A stretch of 64,000 bases of DNA, from the NCBI GenBank assembly GCA_038087875.1, contig CM075991.1, forward strand, positions 7,628,001-7,692,000. The letters run 5' to 3'. Shown piece after piece: positions 24,846 to 37,914 of the stretch (within the stretch, counting starts at the first letter, position 1; every line of letters starts with the position of its first letter). The stretch comes from Malacoraja senta (lineage: Eukaryota). The translations under genes were made by a program, and so were the position numbers. Under the pieces are notes generated by a model. It had not been told where the DNA came from. It made no database searches and saw only the letters and a program-made list of their open reading frames with translations.

Positions 24846-25167
24846 GGCCGGCACACTGGCGCAGCGGTAGAGATGGTGTCTCACAGTGCCAGATCCCTGG
24901 GTTCGATCCTGACCTCGGGTGCTGTCTGGCAGAGTTTGTTCATTCTCCATGTGACCGCATGGGTTTTCTCTGGGTGCTCCGATTTCCTCCCACATTCTAA
25001 AGGCATGCAAGGTTGAAGGTTAATTGAATTGTGTAAATTGGCCCCCAGTGTGTAGAATGCGAGTGGGATAATATAGAACTAGGACTGCGAATGGGTGATC
25101 GATAGCCGGCATGGACTCAGTGGGCTGAAGGGCCTTTTTCCACGCTGTATCTCGAAACTAAACTAAA
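24846..25167 (+). mobile_element. V-domain tRNA SINE
   Basis: A-box tggcgcagcggtagag, B-box ggttcgatcc, (AAACT)n tail. Confidence 0.85.
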
Positions 25168-27119
25168 AGCTTTACATCAGATTCAGATTCAGACTCAAAC
25201 TTTATTGTCATTGTGCAGTGTACAAATACAGAGACAACAAAATGCGGTTAGCATCTCACCCAGAAGTGCGAACACAGAATAATGGAACAGTAAATATATA
25301 TATATATGTATATACAGTAGCAGTAGTGCAATTTTTCAGGGGGGGGGGAAGATCAGTCACTGGGGGAAGGAGTGTCCGGGGGGGGTGGGGTGACTGGCAA
25401 TCACCAAGGTGCAGAGTTAAGTAGGGTAACAGCCACAGGGAAGAAGCTGTTCCTGAACCTGCTGGTCCGGCAACAGAGAGACCTGTAGCGCCTCCCAGAT
25501 GGGAGGAGGGTAAACAGTCTGTGGTTGGGGTGAGAGCAGTCCTTGACGATGCTGCGCGCCTTCTTGATTAGTAAAGGTGTCAGAGGTTATGGGGAGAAGG
25601 CATAAGCATGGGGTTAGGTGGGAGAGATAGATCAGCCATGATTGAATGGCAGAGTAGACTTGATGGGCCGAATGGCCTAATTCTACTCCCATTCCTTATG
25701 ACTTATGACCTTCGGACATCAGGGATGCGTGACATGCACATACCAGTCCCATTCTTTTGACCCCGTGGATAAATCATCTGCTTTTATGTGTTCAAGTCAC
25801 CTTAATTTATGTTAAAGCTTTTAATTCATTTTTTGTCCTGCAAGGTGTTTTTGGTTGTTTATGGAATAATTGACCAGTTTTTAACATTTTAAAAGGATTT
25901 GTGAAACTAATACTTTAGTCTCATTTTCCTTGCAATGGTGTGAAGTGGTTAAGATCTCTGATTATTTTATTCCCCGTGACTTCTAACTGATGTAACTCTT
26001 TCCTGTAATCGGGAGAGACAGCTTAGGATGACGTATTATGTGGGTTAGAGATCATTGGGAAATTGATACACAAACCGAATCAATGAAACAGCACTGATTA
26101 CAAATAGGAAAATATTACAGGAGGTGCTGGTGAAGGTAAAGCAGATAAATTTGGAGTGTGAATTGAAATTAGATGTTCATGAGATGTCTGAAGTAACAAA
26201 GAGGTTAATGGTGGACACAATTGAGTTGCGTTTAACGGGAAGGTTTTCTATGTGCAGCAGAATGATGTGGGCGACAATTAGAATGCTGAACTGTTATGTG
26301 GGAGTGTTTGAGTTACGGTGCTTCCACTGAAGATTTTGTCGAACAGAAATAAAATGATTCCTGTCAGGTCTTCACCCGAGAAAAGAAACCGGATGCCAGC
26401 AATGTGACAGTTGTTGGAGAATCAGAAGGATAATTTGTCAACGTTGTTACTGTCTTGGAGAGTTTGAAGGTAAAAGGCCAAAGGGCATGTAAGGACAGAG
26501 CTGCTTCCTGTGCCTCAATGGAGGAGTGTGTCATTGGGAACTATGGGCAGGAAGTTCAAAACTGTGCATGTTTCCATTTAAATCCCTGCACAAATACTTC
26601 CCTGATCGGCTCGTTAAGTTTCAAATACCAGTTTTTCACATAAATATTCATCGATTATTAAACTAAACAATAGAGAATATTAGGAGACATTTAAGGCAAT
26701 ATATAAACTGGAGAGTCCAATACAAACAGTCTCCCTCAAAGCTCATAAGTGTTATTGGGATATTCTCCTTTAGTTTCAGTTTTTAGTTTTAACACCACAG
26801 TGTGGAAACAGGCCCTTTGGCCTACCAAGGCCACGCCGACCAGCGATCCCTGTACACTAATTTAGCTTCATTTAGTTTAGAGATACAGCGCGGAAATAGG
26901 CCCTTTGGCCTACCAAGGCCACGCCGACCAGCGATCCCTGTACACAACTTATCTATACTCCCAAGCCTTTCCTGATGTCCTCTGAGTGAGGGCTACATGT
27001 ATATATGTATGTAGTTGGTTTTGTTTATGCTATTCTTATAACAAATGTAAAGCACTTTGGCCAACGAGAGTTGTTTTTAAATGAGCTATATAAATAAATA
27101 TGACTTGACTTGACTTGTT

Positions 27120-27662
27120 CTATCCCATAGATTAGGGACAATTTACAGAAGCCAATTAACAACTACAAACCTGAACATCTTTGGAGTGTGGGAGGAAATC
27201 GGAGCACCCGGAGAAAACCCACATGGTCACGGGGAGAACGTGCAAACTCCATACAGGCAGCACCCGTGGTCAGGATCGAACCCAGGTATCTGGCGCTGTA
27301 AGGCAGCAACTCTACCGCTGCGCCATTGTGCCGCCCTTCTCTGACTCTCTCCTAACCTTTGACACATCTTTCCCTTTCACACACATTAAACGAGCAAGTA
27401 CAGAGCTAATTAATTCCAACCTTGGTTCAATCAAAGGTCATACTAATTCTCTGCTACACACTTGGAATAATTTACAGAAGCCAATTGACTCATACACATG
27501 CACGTATTTGGAGTGTCGAGGGAAACCGGAGCACCCGGAGGAAACCCACATGGTCACAGGTAGAAAGTACAAACTCCATACAGACAGCACCCGTGATCAG
27601 GATCTAACCCGGATCTCTGGCACTGTAAGGCAGCAACTCTACCACTGTGCCACTGTGCCGCA
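27120..27662 (-). mobile_element. Two tandem V-domain tRNA SINEs
   Basis: Two copies of the SINE head and core at ~27120-27337 and ~27455-27662. Confidence 0.85.
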
Positions 27663-27773
27663 CTTTCTCTGTCAATCCTCTCCAAAATGGTGCCAATAGC
27701 TGTAGAATTTAATGCCAGATCTTCCTAAGCAGCCAGCAAGGGAGGAAAAGCAAAAACATTTGCCTAGCCATAA

Positions 27774-28090
27774 GGGCGGCATGGTTACGCTGCGGTAGAG
27801 TTGCAGCCTTTCAACGCCAGAGACTCGGGTTCGATCCTAACTACGGGTGCTGTCCGTACGGAGTTTGAACATTCTCCCCGTGACTTGCGTGCATTTTTTC
27901 CGAGATCTTTGATTTCCTCCCACACTCCAAAGACGTACAGGTTTGCAGGTTAATTGGCTTGGGTGTAAATGTAAATCATCCCTAGTGTGTGTAGGGTAGT
28001 GATAATGTGCGGGGATCGCTGGTCGGCGCATACTCGGTGGGCTGAAGGACCCGTTTGTAAGCGTTGCATCTCTAAACTAAAACTAAAACT
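27774..28090 (+). mobile_element. V-domain tRNA SINE, full length
   Basis: gggcggcatggttacgctgcggtagag head, ggttcgatcc, tail taaactaaaactaaaact. Confidence 0.9.
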
Positions 28091-28769
28091 ACTTATAACT
28101 TTCAAAATCTTGAACGAAATATTCCAGCACTGTGAATTCACGATCTAAAACGGATCAAATTCTCACCAAACTACTAACAAATACTGCAAAGAAAAACAAT
28201 AAAAAATTTGCAGGACTTCACTTTTTTCATGAACTAGCCATCAGGTTTTGACATATTATTCATTATAGTGGAATATTTTCATTACACAGGCGTCATTAGT
28301 TCAAAACAAAAGCACACCACTATCTTCACAAAAACAACCAGAAATGAACTATAAATTCTGGGCTTGCTAGCAACGCCCACCACTAATGCATGAATCCATT
28401 AAAGATTGTTGGCATATTGATGTTGTGTGGAGAATGCTGTATTGTAAACACAATTGATTTCTTCCCTGATTTTTTATGACTTTGTCATACGATGACTCCT
28501 TCTGGCCTGAGTCCCAAAACGCATCAGATTCCTATCACTGCTACTTTCATGCATGCCTTCCAAAAAAACAAACCCTGAAGTGTGAAATGTCAACGCCAGG
28601 TTCTCACTCCTTTTCAATGAAGATTTCCTCAGAGGCTCATTCAGGGTGAAATTATTCTAAAAGTCTGTTTGCTTGTGTGCTATTCCTGTAATTTCAAGTC
28701 AACGTGGTTTTCTTTTTGCCATCTCACTCATGCAGTTTCCTCTGACTGATGTGGAAAGATTTTGACAAT

Positions 28770-29232
28770 TGGGCCTGTCCCACTTAAGGGCCTGTCCCAC
28801 TTAAGGGCCTGTCCCACTTACGCAACTTTTTTGGCAACTGCCGGCACCCGTCGTATGTCATTAGAGGTTGCCGAAAATTTTCAATATGTTGAAAATCCGA
28901 ACAAGGTACGACTCTTTGGGCGACTACTCACGACCATACAGGCTTCACCCCGCCACATGTCGCCAGGGTGTCACCTGTATGGTCATGAGAGGTCTCCTAG
29001 GCACCCAAAGAGTCGTAGCGACTTTCTGGTCGCCACTGAATTTTCAACATGTTGAGAATTTTCGGCAACCTATGACAGGTGCCGGCAGTCACCGAAAAAG
29101 TCGCGTAAGTGGGACAGGCCCTTTAGGCGATTTTTGGGGCGACTACAGGCGAGTGCTGCAAAATTTTCAACGCGTTGAAAAAATTTCAGCGACAGTGGCA
29201 ACAATTTTTGCTGTCGTAGGTTGTCGTAGGTT
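28770..29232. mobile_element. Nested PIF/Harbinger-type MITEs
   Basis: Three tandem TIR starts (28770, 28787, 28804); inner element ends at 29122 with TTA; outer element resumes ggcgattttt as in the TIR of 56560-56888. Confidence 0.85.
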
Positions 29233-29636
29233 CTAATTTCCAGGGAATACAAGCCCAGTTGATCCATTCTTTCATCATATGTCTGTCTTGCCATCCCGGG
29301 AATTAACCTGGTGAATCTATGCTGCACTCCCTCAATTGCAAAAATGTCCTTCCTCAAATTAGGAGACCAAAATTGCACACAATACTCCAGGTGCGGTCTC
29401 ACCAGGGCCCTGTATAACTGCAGTAGGACCTCCTTGCTCCTAAACTCAAATCCTCTCACAATGAAGGCCAAAATGCCATTAGCTTTCATCACTGCCTGCT
29501 GTACCTGCCTGCTTACTTTCAGTGACTGATGAACATGGACACCCAGGTCTCCTTGCACCTCCACTTTTCCTAATCTGTTACCATTCAAATAATAACCTGT
29601 ATTCCTGTTCTTGCCACCAAAGTGGCTAACCTCACA
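29233..29636 (-). mobile_element. CR1 LINE ORF2 fragment, downstream part (host of the DIRS)
   Basis: YYLNGNRLGKVEVQGDLGVHVHQSLK...LYRALVRPHLEYCVQFWSP. Confidence 0.9.
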
Positions 29637-31099
29637 TTTTACTTCGGAGTCACGTGAGTGACTACGTGAAGAAGACCCGTCGGGGCGCCTGCGCGTCATT
29701 ACGTCAGACGCATTGGCGCGAACGGACGTGAGGAGCAGCGCTCCTCTAGTGGAAATGTAGTTTTGAACTACAAGGTAAGAACATTTTTTCAGAAGTTTCC
29801 GGGTCCGTTTGCTGTGGGTCTGTGGGGATTTTTTCCACAGGCACCATGGAAAAAACGGGCAAGGGGAAGAGGCGAGCGGCAAAGCCGGTGGAAAGTCGCA
29901 AGATTGCGGTCGGCGAACAGCTGCCTCAGACCCCTGTACAGTCGCCGGCTGGGAGCGTAGCGACTGTGGACTTGGGTCTTAAAAGAATACAGTCAGGGCC
30001 AGTGGGGCGCAAGGCTAAGTTCAAGTCCGTCAGGCCCACGGAGGAGGAGTTCGATCAGGAGGATTTGACTCCAGGCTGGATACCGCTGTTGAGCGGATTT
30101 CTCAGATGGAAAGCCTGTTACACAGGTTACTCAAGCAAAGCACACTCAGGGTAGAGTGTAGCTAAAGCCAGGCTCCAGAAGCCAGGTCAGCAGCACCTAG
30201 CAAAGGGCTGTTTGAGAGCACCCTCATTGATGAGGCGCGTGCACAGGGTCAGCAGAGTTTTCTGATACAAGGAAAGACGACAGCTGCCAGATGTTCTATT
30301 TCTGGCCGTACGATTCGCTGCTCTGTGAGAGTTCTGACCCTGAGTCTGACGGTGAGGCCGATACAAGCGAAGACGGCAGCTGCCAGATGTTCTACTCCTG
30401 GCAGTACGATTCGCTGCCCCGTCAGAGTCAGGAGAGCCACTGGGAGAGGAAGTGGCCTCTACGATCAACTATTGTGTCTTCCATCAGCTCCAGTAGCTTA
30501 CGATGGATGAAAATGCCAACAAAAGCACGAGACCCCAAGGAACTGCATATTGCTGAAAGTACTAGCAGTGAACCAAGATATAAGGGGTCAGATGGGCGAG
30601 GGCATGTGAGCCTAAGAAAAGTAAACTGCAGAGAATATTGAAGCTGCTGGGTTGAGGAACAACTGCATTCTTGCAAGAACAATGGATGGAGGCCAGGGAT
30701 GGAGATGCATCAAGTGGCACTAGGGTTGCTATGTAGCACCCACTTCGAGATGAATTGTTTCAGGAAGTATGCCATTCGGCCCACCATCAACCCCAAGTTG
30801 CAGCAACTCTGTAAAGCCCAGCAATGTGTAGTCATTCAACTTACTCTTCAGAGAAAAAACCTCACGAAATGTGGGAAAGAGTTGGATGATGAGGCAAAAA
30901 CAGCAAGGTTGATCAAAACATCAATGGTCGGCAAGTCTGTGAAGAGGAGGTATCCCTTCAGACATCATACAAAATCCTGGGCCTACACCAGGAACAAGTC
31001 GACCATTGAAGCAGGGGCGCAGTTGGTGTCCTACAGCGGGAACACAAAAAAGCGTGAGTTTTTCCTGCCTGGAGTCAGGGACCACAGGTCACTCAGGTG

Positions 31100-32920
31100 A
31101 CAAAGGAGGTAGGTGGACCTGGTTCTCATGGGAACAGATTAAGGCAAAAACAGCCAAATATTGGAAGCAAATTATTTCAGATTTATTATTCTGAGTATTA
31201 TTCAAAGATTTCAAATTGATTCGATCCAAATAGTGATTTGCCATCCAGCATGTTCCTAGCAGAACACTCCAATTTCACAAAAAGAAGTGATGGAGGTTCA
31301 AGCTGAATTTGAAAACTTGTCTAAAAACAAGTAATTGAAAGGTTGGTTTATCAAAACCACCAAATTGTGTTTAAATTTTCTCGACCTAAAAAGGTGAGGA
31401 GTATTTTAGATCTGACAGGTCTTTAAAATTTTGTGAAGTATAGACACTTAAAAATGGAGACTTTGAGACTGCCAAACAACTTATTTCAAAAGATGTTATA
31501 TGGCACCTATAGATCTGAAAGATGTATATTACTTAGTGTCTGTTCATTTGTAAGATACAAATATTTGAAATTTATCTGAATGAACAATTATGGCAATTCA
31601 AAGTTCTGTCTAATGGGTTAACTTTAGTTCCTAGAATTTCACTAAATTGGTAAAACCAATTTTTGGGGCTAATTAGAATCCAAGGACAGATGTTGATGGC
31701 TTAACTGGATGATGTCCTAATTAAGACGAACAAGAGAATTAGTGAGTTATCTCTCTCAATTGTTCAATCCATTTTTGAAAGTTTGGGGTTTAATTCATCC
31801 AGCGAGAAACCAAGGTTAACGCCACTTACAACAATTGATAATTTTAATTTCACACTTGATTCAATTGACATGGTAGTAATTTTACCCAGGGTAAAGGGTA
31901 GAGCTGATTGATGGTTGCATTAAGCTGTTGAAAAAGCAACAATCTTCAATTAAGACAGGTGGCCAGTTTGCTAGGAAAATTAGTGTTATTTCCAGCAAAA
32001 CAATATGGGCCATTGTACTACCAGCAGCTACAGACGGCAAAAAGAAAGGGCACTAAAATGCATGGCGGCCATTTTTGATAGGCCATGCAGTTAAACAACA
32101 AATGCTGCTTCTGATTTGCAGTGGTGGATTTAACATTCTCCAGTAGTTCAAGCAAGATACTGATTGAACAGCTTTCCATGGTCTTACAGACTGATGTCAG
32201 TGCACTGGGATTTGTGCCACTGAGATGGTATCCATCTGTGGACAGATGGAATATGGAAGAGGCATTATTTTTGCAGACATGGAGAATCAACGTTTTACAG
32301 CTATTGGAAGGTTTATGAGCTCCAAGCTTGTTGTTAATACAACTAATCTGCATGTTCAGCTTCAAATTAACAATACTACAGCAATGGCATGTATTAATTG
32401 TATGGGTGGAATTAAGTTGGTGTCATGTGACAAATTGGCTAATCAAATCTGGACTTGGTGTGTTGACAAATATTTGGTTTCAGCTATTTATCTACCAGGT
32501 AGATTCAAGATAGTAGCAGACAAAAGGTTATGGGAATTTCCATGATAAGAAAGAATGGATGTTGAATCTTAAAATTTTAATGATATATTAGTCAGATTTG
32601 GGAAGCCAGTTACGACTTGTTTCCATCCAGACTCAATCACCAGTTACAGAGATATGTGTTATGGGAACTACATCGGGAGACAGTAGCGATTGATGTTTTC
32701 TCGCTACATTAGGGTGGTATGTTTTTATATGCATTTTCCATCATTCTGTCTCATAAACCGGTGTCTGCTTAAAATGAAGCAGGATGCTGCCTCTGGGGTA
32801 CTGGTGGCACCGGACTGGTCTACGCAGCCATGGTTCCCTTTGATATTGGAATTAATGACACAGTTTCTGATAAAGGTTCCCAAAAGAAGGGATTTACTGG
32901 TGTATCTGATAATTGGAGAG
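31100..32920 (+). pseudogene. DIRS pol remnant (RT - RNase H - methyltransferase-like domain)
   Basis: YMAPIDLKDVYYL (~31497), MA*LDDV (31697-31717), LQTDVSALG (~32184), INNTTAMACINCMGG, YLPGRFKIVADK, LVAPDWSTQPWFPLILELM; many stops and frameshifts. Confidence 0.8.
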
Positions 32921-32929
32921 TAACATCCG

Positions 32930-33941
32930 TTATATGCCTGTATGGATCTGTTAATTTGCAGGTTTTAAAAAGAGGATTGTCTGGGCATACTGTGGACATG
33001 CTTACAGCAGTCTGGCGGAAGAGCACTCAAAAGCAGTACATTTGCGAATCTGAGGTTGTGACTCTGTAAATGCTGCTTTCCCATTATGTAAAGAATGGGG
33101 AAAAATTTCTGTGTACAAAAGAAAATGGAATGTTGTACGGCACATGTTTCAAATGTCTTAGGTTTTCTCAAACACTCTATTTGAGGGGTTGAGTTATAGT
33201 GCGATTTATTCAGCCAGAAGTACATTGTCCTCGTTTTTTAATTGATGAGGTCGGAAAGACATCCTGTTGAGTCTCGTTCTTTCATTTCCAGATTAATAAA
33301 AGGAATTTTAATTCCAGACTTTCTAAACCTAGGTATGGCAATCTGGAATATAGAGTGGTTTTAAGCTACTTCATCAATGGACTCTTGGTACGATTCTGAT
33401 CTGGCCAAGTTCAGCATGAAAGTAGTCATGCTTATGGCACTTGTAACAAGCACAGAGAGTGCAGACATTACAAAAGTTACAGATACACAGGATGGAAGTA
33501 CCTCAGGATTATGTTATGTTTTACATTTTATGACCTACTCAAATGAAGTAGGGTCAGGTGTGACAGGATTCAAGAGTGTTTTATTAGCATATTCCATGGA
33601 TCCATGTCTATGTGTTAAGACATATTTGTGGCAATACATTGAGGCTACAAAGGTCTTATGAAATATGAAAACAAGATTGTTTAACATTCACGAAAAAACA
33701 TACAAGATAGTGTCAGTTCAGACTATTTCAAGATGGTTAAAACAAGTCTTGGTTGCTGCAGGTGTGAACAGTGATGTTTTTACATCCCATTCAGTTTAGC
33801 AGCAACATTGACGACCAGGGCGAAGGATGTCCCGTCGACCATATTTTCGCAGCGATCTAATAAGTTGGTGTTTCAACACTTTTACCATCGGCCTATTGCC
33901 AATATGGGGCTGTTTGCAGATACTATATTAAGTTCTGCTTA
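32930..33941 (+). pseudogene. DIRS tyrosine recombinase remnant
   Basis: GLSGHTVDMLTAVWRKSTQKQY, KVVMLMALVTS, QTISRWLKQVLVAAGVNSDVFTSHSV (HSxR box), FQHFYHRPI (catalytic Tyr region). Confidence 0.8.
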
Positions 33942-34460
33942 AATTCCCCTGGGTTAAAGGGGATATTGTTAATTCTATTATTCAAATAAATGAATTACTG
34001 CATTTGTCATGCAAATGTCATTATTAATGCATTATTGATTATTTCTCGTTCCGAGTCAATCAATGCAGTGAGAAGCCGGGATTTGTATCTGTGGCATGAA
34101 ATCACAAAGCTTTAAAATCTTCAGGTAGACACTCACGTGACTCCGAAGTAAAATAGTAAGATTAAACGAGAACTTACCAGTTTGAAGTTTGATCTTTATT
34201 TTATGAGGAGTTACGTTGGTGACTACGTGCCCACCACGCCCAACCCTCTTTCATAAAGGTCAGATGGAAGTTCTAAATTTACTCGTTTTTACTATGTTAC
34301 TATATTACTTCGTTCTTGTTGTTTGTGATTTCACACCGCTGCTTTGAAGATTGACGCGCAGGCGCCCTGACGGGTCTTCTTCACGTAATCACCAACGTAA
34401 CTCCTCATAAAATAAAGATCAAACTTCAAACTGGTATGTTCTCGTTTAATCTTACTATTT

Positions 34461-34742
34461 ATCCATATTATACTACAACTGCCATGCATCTGTCCACTCA
34501 CCCAACCTATCCAAGTCACCCTGCAGCCTCATAGCATCCTCCTCGCCGCTCACACTGCCACCCAGCTTTGGTGTCATCCGCAAACTTGGAGATGTCACAT
34601 TTAATTCCCTCGTGTAAATCGTTAATATATATTGTAAACAACTGGGGTCCCAGCACCGAGCCTTGCGGCACCCCACTAGTCACTGCCTGCCAATCTGAAC
34701 AAGACCCGTTAATTCCTACTCTTTGCTTCCTGTCCGCCGACC
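34461..34742 (-). mobile_element. CR1 LINE ORF2 fragment, upstream part (host of the DIRS)
   Basis: Minus strand encodes [21 protein letters not shown] and SKFADD RT motifs; joins 29636 after DIRS removal. Confidence 0.9.
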
Positions 34743-35204
34743 AGGGTCAGAGAGAGTAACAGAAACACGAGCTTCATTCTTCCCCTTGGTCATGGCTGGC
34801 TGAGAGAGTCAAATGAATCAATACGCCTTCAATAAACCACTTTTGCCACTTCTCTTTTTGCTTTTCGACTATTGGATTCCAGTTGAATGGAATAAACCCA
34901 GGTTATTTGATTAACCGGCGCTCTGTTCTTCAATGAACAGATATCCTGTTACTGACTACCATACCCACCCTTTACAGTTGCTGCCCAAGCATAGCACACT
35001 CACCAGAGTCCACCGTTCCCATGACAACCATCCAGCAGCTCATTCTTTTTGCCAGAGAAGGGTTCATCTCCCTGACAGGACTCGCATTTGCCTTAAGGCA
35101 CCACATTTACACATATAATTTGATTTTGAATAATAAGCGCTAAACTCTTTGTCTGCACGTCTGCTTTCGTCACGCAACAAAGCTGCAACAAATAGTGAAT
35201 TGAC

Positions 35205-35838
35205 AACACTGATGCCATTATTAAGAAAGCACATCAGCGCCTCTACTTCCTGAGAAGATTACGGAGAGTCGGTTTGTCAAAGAGGACTCTCTCTAACTTC
35301 TACAGGGGCACAGTGGAGAGCATGCTGACCGGTTGCATCGTGGCTTGGTTCGGCAACTTGAGTGCCCTGGAGAGGAAAAGACTACAAAAAGTAGTAAACA
35401 CTGCCCAGTCCATCATCGGCTCTGACCTCCCTTCCATCGAGGGGATCTATCACAGTCACTGCCTCAAAAAGGCTGGCAGTATCATCAAAGACCCACACCA
35501 TCCTGGCCACACACTCATCTCCCTACTACCTTCAGGTAGAAGGTGCAGGAGCCTGAAGACTGCAACGACCAGGTTCAGGAATAGCTACTTCCCCACAGCC
35601 ATCAGGCTATTAAACCTGGCTTGGACAAAACACTGAACTTTATTAGCCAATTAACTGTTATTTGCACTTTATCAGTATATTGATTCATGTGTGTATATAT
35701 TTATAGAATGGTATATGGACACACTGATCTGTTTTGTAGTCAATGCCTACTATGTTCTGTTGTGCTGAAGCAAAGCAAGAATTTCATTGTCCTGTCAGGG
35801 ACACATGACAATAAACTGACTGACTGACTGACTGACTG
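35205..35838 (+). mobile_element. Rex1/Babar LINE 3' fragment
   Basis: KKAHQRLYFLRRL...LLPSGRRCRSLKTATTRFRNSYFPTAIRLLN; (TGAC)n tail. Confidence 0.85.
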
Positions 35839-36827
35839 AATCAAAAAAATACTCAAATGTGTGAACTCAATACAACAAGAGTCAGTGGCCAAGAACTGCA
35901 GGTGCCGGTTAGTGCCAAAGATAGACGCAAAGTGCTGGAGTACCTCAGCGCGTCAGGCAACATCTCTGGAAAAAAAGGGTGGGTAACATTTCGGGTCGGG
36001 ACCCTTCTTCAGACTGCAGTGTCTTCGAGATGTTTTCAAGAGAGAGTTAGACATAGCTCTTAGGGCTAACGGAATCAGGGATATGGGGAGAAAACAGGAA
36101 CGGTGTACTGATTTAGGATGATCAGCCGAAGGGCCGAATGGCCTACTCCTGCACCTATTTTCTATGTTTGTACGTCTTCAGCCTGCTTCAAATGCCGTCT
36201 GAAGTAGGGTCCTGACCCGAAACGTCACCCATCCTTTTTCTCCAGAGATGTTGCCTGACCCGCTGAGTTACTCCAGCATTTTGTGTCTGACAAAATGCAG
36301 ATCCACTTCCATCTACATTGAAACTATTTTCTGTCTTCATGGTTGGTTGACTGACGTCTACCTCTTAGTTGTAAAGTGGGTGAAGAAAACGGTGGTGTAT
36401 GGAGATACTATTTCTGTTTGGAAGTTGCACTTTGCGGTTATTCTTCAGTAAAAATATAAAGTTTAAAACACAAGCTTCCTTTTGAGATTCTACAATTCAA
36501 CGTTTATTTGGAGTCCAAATCTATGATTAAAATAAAACAGATTTCCCATTTTGATGACAAAAATCTCCCTCCATTTTCAAAGGAGATTTCGTCCGTATGC
36601 CACGGAATTTCTGTTTCGAAACTATGAGACGTATTTATTTAACACCTTTGTGTGCCACGGAAATGCAAAGTGTTTCACAAAAGCAAAACCTGACTTCAGG
36701 CAATGATGGAAGCTGTGTTCAGAAGCAAACACGACTCCTTTGATAGCACTGTTGCCTTTGAATATCAGATGCACTCACACTCCCATGATTTGTAGGACAA
36801 ACCATTGGTGAATCTTGCAATAATAGA

Positions 36828-37126
36828 GCGGTACGGTGGTGCAACGGTCGAGTTCCTGCCTTACAGCTCCGCAGATCACGGTTCAATCCTGACTTTGGAT
36901 GCTGTCTTTATGGAGTTTGTACGTTCTCCCCGTGACCACGTGGGTTTTCTACGAGTGCTCTGGTTTCCTCCCACACTCCAAAGACGTACGGGTTTGTAGA
37001 TTAGTTGACTTGGTATAAATGTAAAATTGTCCCCAGTGTGTGTGTAGGATAGTTATTATCGGTGCGGACTCGGTGGGCCGAAGGAGGCCCTGTTTCTGCA
37101 CTGTATCTTTAAACTAAACTAAACTA
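36828..37126 (+). mobile_element. V-domain tRNA SINE
   Basis: tRNA head, atggagtttgtacgttctccccgtgacc core, (TAAAC)n tail. Confidence 0.85.
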
Positions 37127-37586
37127 GTCTTTAATTGGGAGAATGCATCAGAGTCCTATCTGCTCTCTCTGGACCACGTGTCTGTTTTGGCAAGAGGCAC
37201 TGAATCATTCCCAGTTTCTGCGCCAATGCATATAACTCAATTGGAAGCAGATAAAGAAACACTAGATTATCTGGTTGTCATCACATTCCTGTGTGTGGAA
37301 GCTTGCTGTGTGCTAATTGGCTGTCACAGGTCTCACATTGCTATGGTGACTACAAAAAGCATTACGTTGGTGTAAAGGGACATTCAGGGTATGAAAGGAC
37401 TTGCTGTACTGAAGGTACTTCCAGCTACACTATTCCACCACCATTACAACTCCGGCATCTATCTGGCTGTACAGAGGGTTGCTCAGGAATGTCCCACTCA
37501 TGAAAAGCAGGAGAAATCAAATCCAGTTAACCACTGCTCAATAACCCTGTTCTTAATCATTAAGTCACACGATGTTGCCAACATTT

Positions 37587-37893
37587 GGCACCGTGGTGCA
37601 GCGGTAGAGTTGCTGCCTTACAGCGAATGCAGCGCTGGAGACCCAGGTTCGATCCCGACTACCGGTGCTGTCTGTACGGAGTTTGTTCGTTCTCCCCGTT
37701 TTTTCAGAGATCTTTGGTTTCCTCCCACACTCCAAGGACATGTAGGTTGATTGGCTTGGGTTTGTATACTTGGTATAAGTGTGAATTGTCCTACTGTGTG
37801 TAGGCTTGTGTTAATGTGCGGGGATCGCTGGTAGGTGCGGACTCGGTGGACCGAAGGTCCTGTTTCCACGCTGTATCTCTAAACTAAACTAAT
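37587..37893 (+). mobile_element. V-domain tRNA SINE
   Basis: A/B boxes, V core, tail. Confidence 0.88.
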
Positions 37894-37914
37894 TCACCAA
37901 TACATACACGTGTC

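Larger units (their letters stand above)
29637..34460 (+). mobile_element. DIRS1-like tyrosine-recombinase retrotransposon, full length, decayed
   Basis: Left ITR core 29658-29698 is inverted at 34352-34392; ICR 34118-34229 is complementary to both outer ends; TTT at both junctions; RT, RNase H, MT-like and YR remnants in DIRS order. Confidence 0.93.

Noticed and set aside
28770..28820. Short direct repeats that could suggest a CRISPR array
   Set aside because: No spacers; these are nested MITE TIRs in eukaryotic DNA
29070..29882. 270-aa ORF
   Set aside because: Chimera of the DIRS left end, CR1 ORF2 and a MITE; not a gene
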